The notes beneath the pieces are model-generated. The model was not told where the DNA came from. It made no database searches and worked only from the letters and a program-made list of their open reading frames with translations. A program made the position numbers and the translations under genes. From positions 1,582 through 65,581 of the forward strand of contig QNCL01000001.1 of the NCBI GenBank assembly GCA_003645805.1: a DNA stretch of 64,000 nucleotides, read 5' to 3'. Within the stretch, counting starts at the first letter, position 1. The number at the start of each line of letters is the position of its first letter. Source of the stretch: Candidatus Omnitrophota bacterium. Lineage in GTDB: Bacteria; Omnitrophota; 4484-213. This document shows, one piece after another, positions 1 to 9,573 of this stretch.

Positions 1-522
1 ATCAACCGCACGCAGGCAGTATTTAATATAGATAAACTAACCTGGATCAATGCTCAGCATATTAAGCAGTTAGAAGATGAAAGATTAGCAAGGTTGTGCC
101 TTCCTTTTCTTCAAAGAGAAAATCTGGCTTCGGAAGAAGACTTTGATTATCTTAAGAAAGTAGTTGCTCTGCTTAAAGGAAGAATAAAATATCTTTCTCA
201 GATTACAGAACTCTCTGCTTATTTTTTTCTTCCTGCCCATATAGAATATACTGAGGAATCAAGAGCAAGAATAAATAAGATAGGGAAGGATTTGTGGAGA
301 GAGTTAATAGAGAAGTTGGAGGAAATAGATAACTTTAGTCCTGATGAGATAGAACGTGTGTGTCGGCAGATAATTGCTTCCCGAGGACTTAAAGGGGCTG
401 ATCTCATCCATCCTTTAAGATCTGCTTTAACTAATATGTCTGTTGGTCCGGGTTTATTTGAACTAATGTCGGTTCTGGGCAAGAAGAAGACCATAGATAG
501 ATTAAAATGTATCATAGCCTAA
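1..522 (+). CDS. gltX: glutamyl-tRNA synthetase, C-terminal part (gene starts upstream of window)
   Basis: Frame 1 is open from position 1 (INRTQAVFNIDKLTWINAQHIK...) and ends in the GluRS-typical tail GLKGADLIHPLRSALTNMSVGPGLFELMSVLGKKKTIDRL; stop at 522. Confidence 0.8.
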   Translation: MNRTQAVFNIDKLTWINAQHIKQLEDERLARLCLPFLQRENLASEEDFDYLKKVVALLKGRIKYLSQITELSAYFFLPAHIEYTEESRARINKIGKDLWRELIEKLEEIDNFSPDEIERVCRQIIASRGLKGADLIHPLRSALTNMSVGPGLFELMSVLGKKKTIDRLKCIIA

Positions 523-1160
523 TGTGTTTTCTTGCCGGAGTAGTACTCTCTTGGGGAGGGTGTACAGGAAAGTGTTTCCCTTTTCTTTTTCCTTATATTA
601 TCTGCACAAAAAAAACTTCAAAGGAGGGAGTTAAAGTTTGGTTTTGGTTCTGGTGGGGAAAACTTTTTGCTTACCTTTTTCTTGGATTAGCCCTGGGTTT
701 AATTGGTGAAAAACTAATCTACGCCTCTTATCTTCGCCACACCTTTGTTCTGGGAGGGATAAGTATTGCCTTACTGGGAACTGCGCTCTTCTTTCGTAAA
801 CCAAACTTTTCTTGTAGATGTTCTATTTTTTCTTCCTATTTAGAGAGATTGTTGCTTAAAGGAGATAAAGGAGTGTTTATTGCCGGGTTTTTTCTTTCCC
901 TTTTTCCTTGTCTCCCTTTAATAGGCTTATTTTCTTATCTTGCTCTGGTAATAAGATACTGGTGGGAAGGACCGATTTATCTCTTCTTCTTTGCTCTGGG
1001 CAGTTTTTTCTCTCCGCTTTTTCTTCTATCTTTTTTTCTTCCTCATCTCTCCAAGCCTTTTTTAGCAAATCAGCGACTCTATCTAATATTTCAGCGGATA
1101 TGCGCTTTGATTATTTTTAGTTTAGGGATGAAGATAACCTTTGGAAGTATGGGCAGATGA
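507..1160 (+). CDS. polytopic membrane protein, CcdA/DsbD-family-like (cytochrome c biogenesis / thiol-disulfide transporter TM region)
   Basis: Very hydrophobic 217-aa ORF with several predicted TM helices. It has the motif LSLFPCLPLIGL, resembling the CcdA/DsbD 'SPCxLP' signature. Start codon is uncertain. Confidence 0.4.
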   Translation: MYHSLMCFLAGVVLSWGGCTGKCFPFLFPYIICTKKTSKEGVKVWFWFWWGKLFAYLFLGLALGLIGEKLIYASYLRHTFVLGGISIALLGTALFFRKPNFSCRCSIFSSYLERLLLKGDKGVFIAGFFLSLFPCLPLIGLFSYLALVIRYWWEGPIYLFFFALGSFFSPLFLLSFFLPHLSKPFLANQRLYLIFQRICALIIFSLGMKITFGSMGR

Positions 1161-1909
1161 GTCGTTTTTTTGTTTCTCCCCAAGACATTAAAGAAGGAGG
1201 AAAGGAGATAGTAATAAAGGGTAAGGAGAATCATCATTTATGCCGAGTAATGCGTTTAAGGAAAGGGGAGAGTGTGGTAGTATTTGATGGGACAGGGAAG
1301 GAGTATGAAGGAATTATTAAACAAATATCTCCCCAGAGCAGTGTAATAGAGGTTAAAAAGATTTGCCAGAGCACTGAAGAGGAAAGGACAAAGATAGCGT
1401 TAGCGCAAGCCATTCCCAAAAAGGCGAAGATGGCTGAAATCATAGATAAAACTACTCAATTAGGAGTTTCGGAGATCATTCCGATGATTACGGAAAGAAC
1501 AGTCTCCAGACCCAAAGATAGAAGTCTGGTATTAAAAAGATGGCAGAGGGTTGCTATTGAATCTTGTAAACAGTCAGGGAGGACCGAACTTCCTTATATT
1601 TATCAGATAATAGATTTTAAGGAAGCAGTCTCTCTTGCTGAACAATATGATATAGCCCTAATGCCTTGTTTGTTGGGCGAAAGAAGAAGTTTAAAGGAAC
1701 TATCTCTTGAAGGAGTAAGGAAGATTATTTTCTTTATTGGGCCTGAAGGAGGATTTACCCAAGATGAGATTGCCTTTGCCAAACAGAGGAAGGTAGTGCT
1801 TCTGGAAATGGGCAAAAGGGTATTAAGAACAGACACGGCAGCCATAGCGATGGTGGCTATACTCACCTATGCCACTTTAAGAAAGAGAGGTTTTGCAGAT
1901 ACCTATTAG
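1157..1909 (+). CDS. rsmE: 16S rRNA (uracil1498-N3)-methyltransferase RsmE
   Basis: N-terminus MSRFFVSP... with PUA-like region and C-terminal SPOUT-like region (GPEGGFT..E); 250 aa, typical RsmE length. Confidence 0.8.
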   Translation: MSRFFVSPQDIKEGGKEIVIKGKENHHLCRVMRLRKGESVVVFDGTGKEYEGIIKQISPQSSVIEVKKICQSTEEERTKIALAQAIPKKAKMAEIIDKTTQLGVSEIIPMITERTVSRPKDRSLVLKRWQRVAIESCKQSGRTELPYIYQIIDFKEAVSLAEQYDIALMPCLLGERRSLKELSLEGVRKIIFFIGPEGGFTQDEIAFAKQRKVVLLEMGKRVLRTDTAAIAMVAILTYATLRKRGFADTY

Positions 1910-1934
1910 CGATTCAGTGCGGATATTTTAACCA

Positions 1935-3218
1935 ATGACCATTACCTTTAAGACTCTTGGATGTAAAGTTAATCAATATGAAACCCAACTAATGCGTGAG
2001 CAATTCGCTTCCATAGGTTGGGAGGAAAAGAAGGAAGGGGGAGAGATTTATATAATAAATACCTGTTCGGTCACCTCTAATGCGGATAGAAAGTCAAGGC
2101 AGATGATAAATAGAGCCATTGCCCTAAAACCCAAACCATTGGTGGTAATTACCGGATGCGGAGTAAACAATAAGTTTAGTGGAGTTGAAAATATCCAGGG
2201 AGTAGACTTGAAGATAACCAATCAGCAGAAAGAGCACATCGTTCCTTTGCTAAAGAGTTTGCTGAAGCAAAGAGGGTTGGTTAAAGATTTAGTAGATCTT
2301 TCCTCCTCTCTTCCTTCAAGGATATCTTCTTCTGCCGGGCATAACCGTGTATTTATTAAGATTCAAGACGGTTGTGATAAACACTGTTCCTTCTGCATCA
2401 TTCCTTATCTGCGGGGGAGATCGCGTAGTCGGCAGTTAGAGGATGTCCTCAGAGAGATAGAGGAGGTGGTAGAGAAAGGAGCGAAGGAGATAGTGCTTTG
2501 TGGTGTGCAGTTAGGAAACTATGGAAGAGATATTGGAACAAGTTTGGCCAGACTGATAGAGAAAGTGGAGAGAATTAGGGGGCTGGAGAGATTTAGATTG
2601 AGTTCGTTAAATCCTGAGGAGATAGACGAGGAGATTATCTCTTTATTCAGAAACTCTGATAAATTGTGTTCCCATCTACATCTCTCTCTTCAAAGTGGAG
2701 ATAACAATTTATTAAGGATGATGAGACGAGCATATACCCAAGAAAGTTTCTTGTCTCTTCTGGAGAAGATAAGGAGGAAAGTGGATCCTTTATTCTCTTT
2801 CAGTACAGATGTAATGGTAGGCTTTCCTGGAGAAGGAGAAAAGGAGTTTTTAAACACCTTAAAGGTGATAAGAGAAGCAGAGTTTTTGCGCGTGCATATA
2901 TTCACTTATACTCCCCGCAAAGGCACTAAAGCAGCAGAGTTTTTGCATAAGGTCAATTTTCTGGAACTTAAAGAGAGAAGAAAAAGAGCGGAAAGGGTCG
3001 CGGAGGAGGTATCTTATCGCTATCGCCAGAGGTTCTTGAACAGAAAGGTGCAGGTGCTCACCGAGGGAAAGAGAGATAAGAGAGGTTATCTGAATGGCTA
3101 CACTCAACACTATATTCGCGTCTCTTTCTCGGGGGAAGATGTGTTGAAAAACAGAATAATTTCTGTTAAAATAAACAGGTTAGAGGGAGAAAAAACCTTG
3201 GGAGAGGTGGATGCGTAA
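1935..3218 (+). CDS. mtaB: radical-SAM methylthiotransferase, MiaB/MtaB family (MtaB-like)
   Basis: N-terminal TLGCKVNQYET motif, radical-SAM CxxxCxxC (CDKHCSFCIIP), C-terminal TRAM-like region; 427 aa. Confidence 0.8.
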   Translation: MTITFKTLGCKVNQYETQLMREQFASIGWEEKKEGGEIYIINTCSVTSNADRKSRQMINRAIALKPKPLVVITGCGVNNKFSGVENIQGVDLKITNQQKEHIVPLLKSLLKQRGLVKDLVDLSSSLPSRISSSAGHNRVFIKIQDGCDKHCSFCIIPYLRGRSRSRQLEDVLREIEEVVEKGAKEIVLCGVQLGNYGRDIGTSLARLIEKVERIRGLERFRLSSLNPEEIDEEIISLFRNSDKLCSHLHLSLQSGDNNLLRMMRRAYTQESFLSLLEKIRRKVDPLFSFSTDVMVGFPGEGEKEFLNTLKVIREAEFLRVHIFTYTPRKGTKAAEFLHKVNFLELKERRKRAERVAEEVSYRYRQRFLNRKVQVLTEGKRDKRGYLNGYTQHYIRVSFSGEDVLKNRIISVKINRLEGEKTLGEVDA

Positions 3219-4302
3219 ACGTGTTTTAATAATGTATATTACCCCTTACTCAGGTCATCACCAAGCCGCCCAAGCAATAGAGGCAGGGATAAAGAGAGTT
3301 CATCCTTCTGCAGAAATCCTGAACATAGACGCATTTAATTATACTAACCCTATATTAGAGAAGATAATCAGCAGGTCTTATATTCAGATAATCAAAAGAA
3401 AACCAGAGGTATGGGAATATCTGTATGACAACCCTGTGGTCTTTGAGAAAGTAAAGAAATGGCGTCAATTGGTGCACAGATTTAATTCTCCCAAACTGAG
3501 GCATTTATTAAATAATTTTAAGCCAGATACCATCATCTGCACCCAAGCCTTTCCTTGCGGAATGATTGCGGATTGTAAACCTAAAGACACAAAACTCATT
3601 GCTACTCTTACCGACTATATGCCTCATTCCTATTGGATAAATGAGAATGTAGACTTTTATGTAGTCTCTTCAGAGGAGAGTAAACAGAAATTGATGGAGG
3701 GAGGGGTGGAGGAGAGAAAAATAAAGGTTTTAGGTATTCCTGTCCATCCTAAGTTTCTGGAGGAGGTAAAAAAGGAGAAGGTATGTCAAGAACTAAATCT
3801 GGATTTTCATCTTCCTAATATTCTTATAATGGGAGGTGGACAAGGAATAGGACCCATAAAGACTATCATCTATCTGCTCGCCTATTTGGACCTTCCCTCC
3901 CAAATCTTAGCAGTTGCAGGAACAAATAGAAAATTGTGGAAGTGGTTAAAAAAGAAGGAAAGAGGTTATGGCAAGATAAGAGCGTTAGGGTATACAGATA
4001 ATATCCATGAACTGATGTCTATCTCTTGTTTACTAATTACAAAACCAGGAGGGATTACTACTTCAGAGGCAATGGTCAAAACTCTTCCTCTGATAATTGT
4101 TAGTCCCCTTCCTGGACAAGAGCGAAAGAACGCTCAGTTTCTTCTAAAAAGAGGGGTTGCTTTACAAGCCAGAAATAGTAAACAGGCAGCGGTGCTTGCC
4201 AAAAGACTACTTAGCAAAGCGAGGAGATTGGAGGAGATAAGAGAAAAGATGAGAGAGTTGAGAAAGCCTCGTGCTGCTCTTGAGATTGCCAACTTGATAT
4301 GA
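3211..4302 (+). CDS. glycosyltransferase family 28, MGDG-synthase/UgtP-like (diacylglycerol glycosyltransferase)
   Basis: N-terminus YITPYSGHHQAAQAIEAGIKR resembles the MGDG_synth N-domain; C-terminal GT-B half (PGGITTSEAM...). 363 aa. Confidence 0.6.
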   Translation: MRKRVLIMYITPYSGHHQAAQAIEAGIKRVHPSAEILNIDAFNYTNPILEKIISRSYIQIIKRKPEVWEYLYDNPVVFEKVKKWRQLVHRFNSPKLRHLLNNFKPDTIICTQAFPCGMIADCKPKDTKLIATLTDYMPHSYWINENVDFYVVSSEESKQKLMEGGVEERKIKVLGIPVHPKFLEEVKKEKVCQELNLDFHLPNILIMGGGQGIGPIKTIIYLLAYLDLPSQILAVAGTNRKLWKWLKKKERGYGKIRALGYTDNIHELMSISCLLITKPGGITTSEAMVKTLPLIIVSPLPGQERKNAQFLLKRGVALQARNSKQAAVLAKRLLSKARRLEEIREKMRELRKPRAALEIANLI

Positions 4303-5153
4303 CTACCGACCCTCCTTTTCTCGTTTACAAAATTTGCCAGAAGATAGTTCTTCATCTGCCCTTGAAAGTTAGTTATAAGATAGCCGACATACTCTCTGAC
4401 TTCTATCGTCTTTTTCGTCCCCGGGACTATAAGATTGTCCAGGAGAATTTGAGGATCATCTTTCCGGAAAAAAGCGCGAAGGAGATTATTGGTTATACGC
4501 GCCAGACATTCAGAAGTTTCGGTAGATATCTGGTAGACTTTCTATACTTTCCTAAAATAGACAAAGAGTATATCAAGAGAAATATCCAGGTTGAAGGAAT
4601 AGAGAATTTTGACTTCGCTTTTTCTCAAAAGAAAGGAGTAATTGGTATTACCGCTCATCTGGGGAGTTGGGAGACAGGAGGGATAATAGTCAGTGTATTA
4701 GGTTATCCCGTGAGTGCAATCGCTTTGGAGCATTCAAATAAGCAGGTTCAGAGATTTTTTGTTTCCCAGAGAGAGAAAAAAGGATTAAGGGTAATTTTCC
4801 CCAAAGATGCTTCTCGAGAAGTGCTCAAGGTTTTGCGCAGGAATGAAATGGTGGTTTTTTTAAATGATAAAGATTACTTTGGTACAGGAGTAGAAGCAGA
4901 GATCTTTGGAAGGAAGGTGGTTTTGCCTCGTGGGCCGGCAGTATTTGCGCTCAAGATGAAAACACCTATTGTCCCCGGGTTTACAATCAGAGAAGGGAAT
5001 AAACTCAAGGTTATCATTGAGAAACCACTTTCTTTCTCCCTTACCGGAGAAGAGAAAGAGGATATAAGAAGGATTACTCAACAGATAAGCAAGGTAATAG
5101 AGAGGTATGTTCGTTCCTATCCCGGACAATGGTTTTACTTTGAGCGTTTATGA
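4299..5153 (+). CDS. lipid A biosynthesis late acyltransferase (LpxL/HtrB family) or lysophospholipid acyltransferase
   Basis: 284 aa. Motif ITAHLGSWETGG (HxxxxE/D acyltransferase box of the LpxL family) and PRGPAVFALK region. Confidence 0.65.
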   Translation: MTTDPPFLVYKICQKIVLHLPLKVSYKIADILSDFYRLFRPRDYKIVQENLRIIFPEKSAKEIIGYTRQTFRSFGRYLVDFLYFPKIDKEYIKRNIQVEGIENFDFAFSQKKGVIGITAHLGSWETGGIIVSVLGYPVSAIALEHSNKQVQRFFVSQREKKGLRVIFPKDASREVLKVLRRNEMVVFLNDKDYFGTGVEAEIFGRKVVLPRGPAVFALKMKTPIVPGFTIREGNKLKVIIEKPLSFSLTGEEKEDIRRITQQISKVIERYVRSYPGQWFYFERL

Positions 5154-5824
5154 ACATTCCTATCCTTATCCCTGTTTACAATGAACAATCCACTATTGGA
5201 GAATTGGTGCGGAGATGCATAGCATATGCGAACAAGGTTTATGTAGTAGATGATGGTTCAGAGGATAGAAGTGGAGAGATTGCTCGGCGAGAGGGAGCAA
5301 TAGTTATTCGCCATAGAAGAAACAAGGGAAAAGGTGCAGCCTTGCGTAAAGGTTTGGAGAAGATTTTATGCGAGCAGATAGAAGCAGTAATTATGATGGA
5401 TGGAGATGGCCAGCATGACCCTTCGGAGATTCCCAGGTTTATTCAGAAGTTCAAGGAAGAGGGAGCGGATATAGTCTTGGGCAATAGAACAAACAGGAGA
5501 GTTATGCCTCTTATACGGCGATTGACCAATAAATTTATGTCTCTTGCCATCTCCTGGATGACCGGGCAGAATCTTCCTGATACCCAGTGCGGGTTTCGTC
5601 TGGTCAGAGATAGGGTATTAAGAGATATAGACCTGAAAGCCTGCAATTTTGAGATAGAATCAGAGATGCTTATAAAAGGAGCCCAGAAAGGATATAAGAT
5701 TGTCTCTGTGCCCATTTCTACTATTTATCATCAACAAAGAAGTAAAATCAAGCCTTTTATTGATACATATAGATTTCTAAAACTAATAGCTTCCCATATA
5801 AGGAAAGAGATGTTTTTTGTTTAA
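5150..5824 (+). CDS. glycosyltransferase family 2 (DPM1-like)
   Basis: N-terminal IPVYNEQSTIGELV...VYVVDDGSEDRS (GT2 DxD region) and MMDGDGQHDP. Confidence 0.75.
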   Translation: MNIPILIPVYNEQSTIGELVRRCIAYANKVYVVDDGSEDRSGEIARREGAIVIRHRRNKGKGAALRKGLEKILCEQIEAVIMMDGDGQHDPSEIPRFIQKFKEEGADIVLGNRTNRRVMPLIRRLTNKFMSLAISWMTGQNLPDTQCGFRLVRDRVLRDIDLKACNFEIESEMLIKGAQKGYKIVSVPISTIYHQQRSKIKPFIDTYRFLKLIASHIRKEMFFV

Positions 5825-6488
5825 AATAGGCAAAGGCAAAATGGAGGAGGTTGAGGATTGGAAGGAAAGATGTCAGAGGATGGTAGAAGAACAGTTGATC
5901 CCGCGAGGAATTATCAACAGACGGGTTATCTCTGCCTTCTTAAGAGTCCCTCGTCATCGCTTTGTTCCTTCTGAGTTTATTAACTCTGCCTACGCAGATT
6001 ATCCTCTTCCTATTGGGGAGGAGCAAACCATCTCTCAACCTTATATAGTGGCTTTAATGACCCAAGTGCTTGATTTAAGAGAAAGAGAGAAGGTTTTAGA
6101 AATAGGGACAGGTTCTGGTTATCAGGCGGCTATTTTAGCAGAGATGAACTGTTGTGTGTATTCTATAGAGAGATCAAGAGTGTTGGCAAAACGAGCAGAG
6201 GAGGTGCTCAAGCAATTGGGTTATACAGTAAAAATAAAGGTAGGAGATGGAACGCGCGGATGGAAAGAGTTTTCTCCTTTTTCCAAGATAGTGGTCACTG
6301 CTTCTGCTCCTTATGTTCCCCCTTCTTTATTAACTCAATTAGAGGAAGGAGGTTTGATGGTGATCCCGGTAGGGAATAAAGTAGTGCAGACCCTTACCTT
6401 GATTCGAAAAGAAAAGAACAGAGTAAAGACAGAAAGTTTGTGTGGATGCCGTTTTGTTCCCTTAATAGGGGAAGAGGGTTGGAAATAA
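5817..6488 (+). CDS. pcm: protein-L-isoaspartate O-methyltransferase
   Basis: VPRHRFVP, QTISQPYIVALM and SAM-binding VLEIGTGSGYQAAILA motifs. Start may be the internal Met at about 5841. Confidence 0.85.
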   Translation: MFKIGKGKMEEVEDWKERCQRMVEEQLIPRGIINRRVISAFLRVPRHRFVPSEFINSAYADYPLPIGEEQTISQPYIVALMTQVLDLREREKVLEIGTGSGYQAAILAEMNCCVYSIERSRVLAKRAEEVLKQLGYTVKIKVGDGTRGWKEFSPFSKIVVTASAPYVPPSLLTQLEEGGLMVIPVGNKVVQTLTLIRKEKNRVKTESLCGCRFVPLIGEEGWK

Positions 6489-6534
6489 ATTGGAGAAAAA
6501 AAGAAAAGGGAGTTGATTTTGGTGAGGAGGAAAA

Positions 6535-7725
6535 ATGCATCCTGCAACAGCAAACAGGTTAAAGCGACTTCCACCTTATTTGTTTACGGTGGTAGATGAA
6601 TTAAGAGAAAAGGCTATGGAGAGAGGAATAGATGTTATTGATCTGAGTATGGGCAGTCCTGATCAACCTCCTCCTCCTGAGGCAGTAGAGGAACTCTATC
6701 GGGCAGCCAAGCAAGAAGGGAATCAACGCTATTCTCGAGAAGATGGAAAGATAGAGAAGAAGTTAAAAGAGGTTATTGCCAGGTGGTATGCAGGGCGTTT
6801 TGGAGTAGAACTGGATCCGAAGACAGAAGTCTTGCCTCTTATAGGTTCTAAAGAAGGAATTGCTCATCTTTCTTTGACTTTTTTAAATAATGATGATATT
6901 GCTCTTGTTCCTTCTCCGGCTTACCCTGTGCATTTTAATGGAGCAATTATGGCGGGAGGGATTCTCTATAACCTTCCTCTTAGAGAGGAGAAGGGGTATA
7001 AGCCAGAGTTGAAAAAGTTGGATAAGAGTATCGTGCGAATGGCTAAACTTCTCTTTTTAAGTTATCCTCACAATCCTACTACTGCCGTAGTAGACATCAA
7101 TTTCTTTAAGGAAGTAGTAGATTGGGCAAAAGGGAAGGAAATAATCATAGGTAACGACTTGGCTTATTCAGATATTGTTTTTGATGGTTATAAAGCCCCT
7201 TCGCTTCTGCAGGTGAAAGGAGCAAAAGATTTTTGTGTAGAGTTTCATACTCTTTCCAAGTCTTATAATATGCCTGGATGGCGCATTGGTTTTTGTGTAG
7301 GCAATAGAGAGATTCTATCTGCTCTGAAGAAGACCAAGAGTTATATAGACTTTGGGCTATTTCGGGCTATTCAAGCCGCGGCAATAAAGGTTCTCTCAGG
7401 AGACCAGAGTTGTGTGAAAAGGACTGTAGAGATCTATAGAAAGAGAAGAGACTTATTTGTGAAAGGGTTAAAGGAAATGGGATGGGAAGTGGAAAAGCCC
7501 AAGGCTACTTTCTATATCTGGGCGCGCATCCCTTTAAAATACTCCGCTCTTACCTCTATGGAATTCACCCAACTCCTGATAGAGGAAGCAGGGATTGCTG
7601 TTGCTCCGGGGACAGGATTTGGTGAGTATGGAGAAGGATTTATTCGCTTTGCTTTGGTAGAGAATGAACAGAGATTAATAGTAGCGCTAGAGAGAATCAG
7701 GAAAATATTGGAGATAGAAGGATAG
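6535..7725 (+). CDS. class I/II PLP-dependent aminotransferase (aspartate/LL-DAP aminotransferase-like)
   Basis: RLPPYLF N-terminal motif and PLP-lysine region SKSYNMPGWRIGF; 396 aa. Confidence 0.8.
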   Translation: MHPATANRLKRLPPYLFTVVDELREKAMERGIDVIDLSMGSPDQPPPPEAVEELYRAAKQEGNQRYSREDGKIEKKLKEVIARWYAGRFGVELDPKTEVLPLIGSKEGIAHLSLTFLNNDDIALVPSPAYPVHFNGAIMAGGILYNLPLREEKGYKPELKKLDKSIVRMAKLLFLSYPHNPTTAVVDINFFKEVVDWAKGKEIIIGNDLAYSDIVFDGYKAPSLLQVKGAKDFCVEFHTLSKSYNMPGWRIGFCVGNREILSALKKTKSYIDFGLFRAIQAAAIKVLSGDQSCVKRTVEIYRKRRDLFVKGLKEMGWEVEKPKATFYIWARIPLKYSALTSMEFTQLLIEEAGIAVAPGTGFGEYGEGFIRFALVENEQRLIVALERIRKILEIEG

Positions 7726-7786
7726 AAAGCATTGATCACAAATTTTGAAAAAGGTTTTTATATATGGGGAGGGAATTTATTCTACA

Positions 7787-8506
7787 ATGGCTTGCTTTAT
7801 AGGCACTTCAGGCTGGTATTATCCTCATTGGATAGAGCGATTTTATCCTCAGGAGATTCTCAAAAAAGACCTTCTTGCTTATTTCTCCTCGCATTTCTCT
7901 ACTGTAGAGTTAAACAATAGTTTTTACCATCTACCGCGTAAAGAGAATTTTGAAAACTGGTATAGGAAAACTCCCAGAGGCTTTGTTTTTAGCGTAAAAG
8001 CAAGTCGCACAATTACCCACTATAAGAGATTGGTAGATACAGAGGAATCCCTAAACCTGTTTTTAGAAAGGGTTCTTTATCTGAAAGAGAAGTTAGGACC
8101 CATCCTTTACCAATTACCTCCCTCCTTAGAGAAAGATATAGATCTGCTCAAACATTTTCTTTTTTCTCTTCCTACCCACCTACGGCAGACTATTGAATTT
8201 CGTCATTCCTCCTGGCTGGATGAAGAGGTCTTTACTCTTCTGCAGAGGTTCAACATTGCCTATTGCATTATCAGTATGGGAAACTTTCCTGTATGTTTGA
8301 GGGCAAGCGCAGATTTTGTGTATATAAGGATGCATGGAGCAGTGCGCACTATCTCCTACTCGGAAAGGGAATTAAAAGAATGGGCAGGGTATATAAAGAA
8401 GTTTTTAAAAGAAGGGAAGGATGTCTATGTATACTTCAATAATGACTATCAAGGTTATGCGGTAGAGAATGCAAAAACACTCAAAGAGTTATTAGAGGGA
8501 AGATGA
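7787..8506 (+). CDS. DUF72 family protein (YecE-like)
   Basis: IGTSGWYYPHW...FYP motif at N-terminus. ATG at 7787 chosen over the upstream alternative start at 7745. Confidence 0.7.
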   Translation: MACFIGTSGWYYPHWIERFYPQEILKKDLLAYFSSHFSTVELNNSFYHLPRKENFENWYRKTPRGFVFSVKASRTITHYKRLVDTEESLNLFLERVLYLKEKLGPILYQLPPSLEKDIDLLKHFLFSLPTHLRQTIEFRHSSWLDEEVFTLLQRFNIAYCIISMGNFPVCLRASADFVYIRMHGAVRTISYSERELKEWAGYIKKFLKEGKDVYVYFNNDYQGYAVENAKTLKELLEGR

Positions 8507-9573
8507 GTAGAGAAAGGAAAGTAAAAGAGATAATAGTTTACCTGTTGATGTTATCCTTCTTTCTAACATATAATCTCGCTTTTTATTCAAAAGCGAAAGA
8601 TAAAAAAACTGCTCCTCTATCCAGATCTTTCCAGGAAGAGGTATGGAGAGAAAGGTTCAATAAGAAAATGATAGAAGACGAGAGCGTGCGTCAGAAGGCT
8701 TTGATATTAAGTTCTTTATTCCTTCTATTTCTGCTATTAGGAAGCATCTCTTTGATAAACTTTTGTCGGCTGAATTTAGGCAGAAGGAAACCGATAGAGA
8801 GATTTGGCGAGAGGAAGACAGTGGGTTGGGAAGTAGGAGATGTGCTGAAGGTAATAGTGCTCGTTCTTTTCTCTGTTTCTCTAATTCGCCTACTATTCTT
8901 TTTTGTTTTTACCGTTCTTGCTCTCACTCTCTCTCCGAGTGTAAGAATGATACTGAGTTCTCTTATTATAGACACTTTGCTTATCTTTTTTGTGATTTAT
9001 TTTGTGCTCAAGAAATACAGACAGAATCTTACTTCCTTGGGAATAGAAGCAGGAAATCTTCTAAGGAAGATAAAACTGGGGATAAGTGCCTATATTACCA
9101 TTACTCCTGTTCTTTTCATTCTGCTTCTTATCTTAAACATCTGGATAGAGCGCTTTGACTATCATCCTCCTCTACATCCTCTGATGAGTTTAATCTTTAA
9201 GGAAGAAAGAGGAGTTGTTCTGCTTTTCCTCCTTCTTTTAGGCACAGTGATGGGACCAATTGCCGAGGAAATATTCTTTCGCGGATTTGCCTATCCAGCA
9301 ATTAAGAAAAGGGTGGGAGTGTATCCCTCTATATTCTTTACTTCTTTCTTCTTTGCTCTCCTGCATCAGAGTTTATTTGCCTTTCTCCCTGTCCTCTTTT
9401 TGGGAATAGTATTGGCGTATATCTATGAGAAAAGTAATTCTTTAATTCCTTGTATCACCCTGCATATCCTTCATAATTCTTTGATGATAGCAGGGGTGCT
9501 GTTTATTAAAGAGGTGAGTAATGAATATGCTTCTATTTGTTTTTCTTTTGGCCATCTTTGCTTCTCTTCATGA
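8503..9573 (+). CDS. CPBP-family intramembrane glutamic endopeptidase (CAAX protease / Abi-like)
   Basis: Multi-TM protein with the three CPBP motifs: EEIFFRGF (EExxxR), FFFALLHQ (FxxxH) and HILHNS (HxxxN). Confidence 0.7.
   Translation: MSRERKVKEIIVYLLMLSFFLTYNLAFYSKAKDKKTAPLSRSFQEEVWRERFNKKMIEDESVRQKALILSSLFLLFLLLGSISLINFCRLNLGRRKPIERFGERKTVGWEVGDVLKVIVLVLFSVSLIRLLFFFVFTVLALTLSPSVRMILSSLIIDTLLIFFVIYFVLKKYRQNLTSLGIEAGNLLRKIKLGISAYITITPVLFILLLILNIWIERFDYHPPLHPLMSLIFKEERGVVLLFLLLLGTVMGPIAEEIFFRGFAYPAIKKRVGVYPSIFFTSFFFALLHQSLFAFLPVLFLGIVLAYIYEKSNSLIPCITLHILHNSLMIAGVLFIKEVSNEYASICFSFGHLCFSS

Noticed and set aside
8691-9158. Two ORFs (94 aa on the - strand, 131 aa on the + strand in an alternate frame) inside the CPBP protease gene
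   Set aside because: Nested in the CPBP gene, which carries the conserved family motifs. No support for independent coding.
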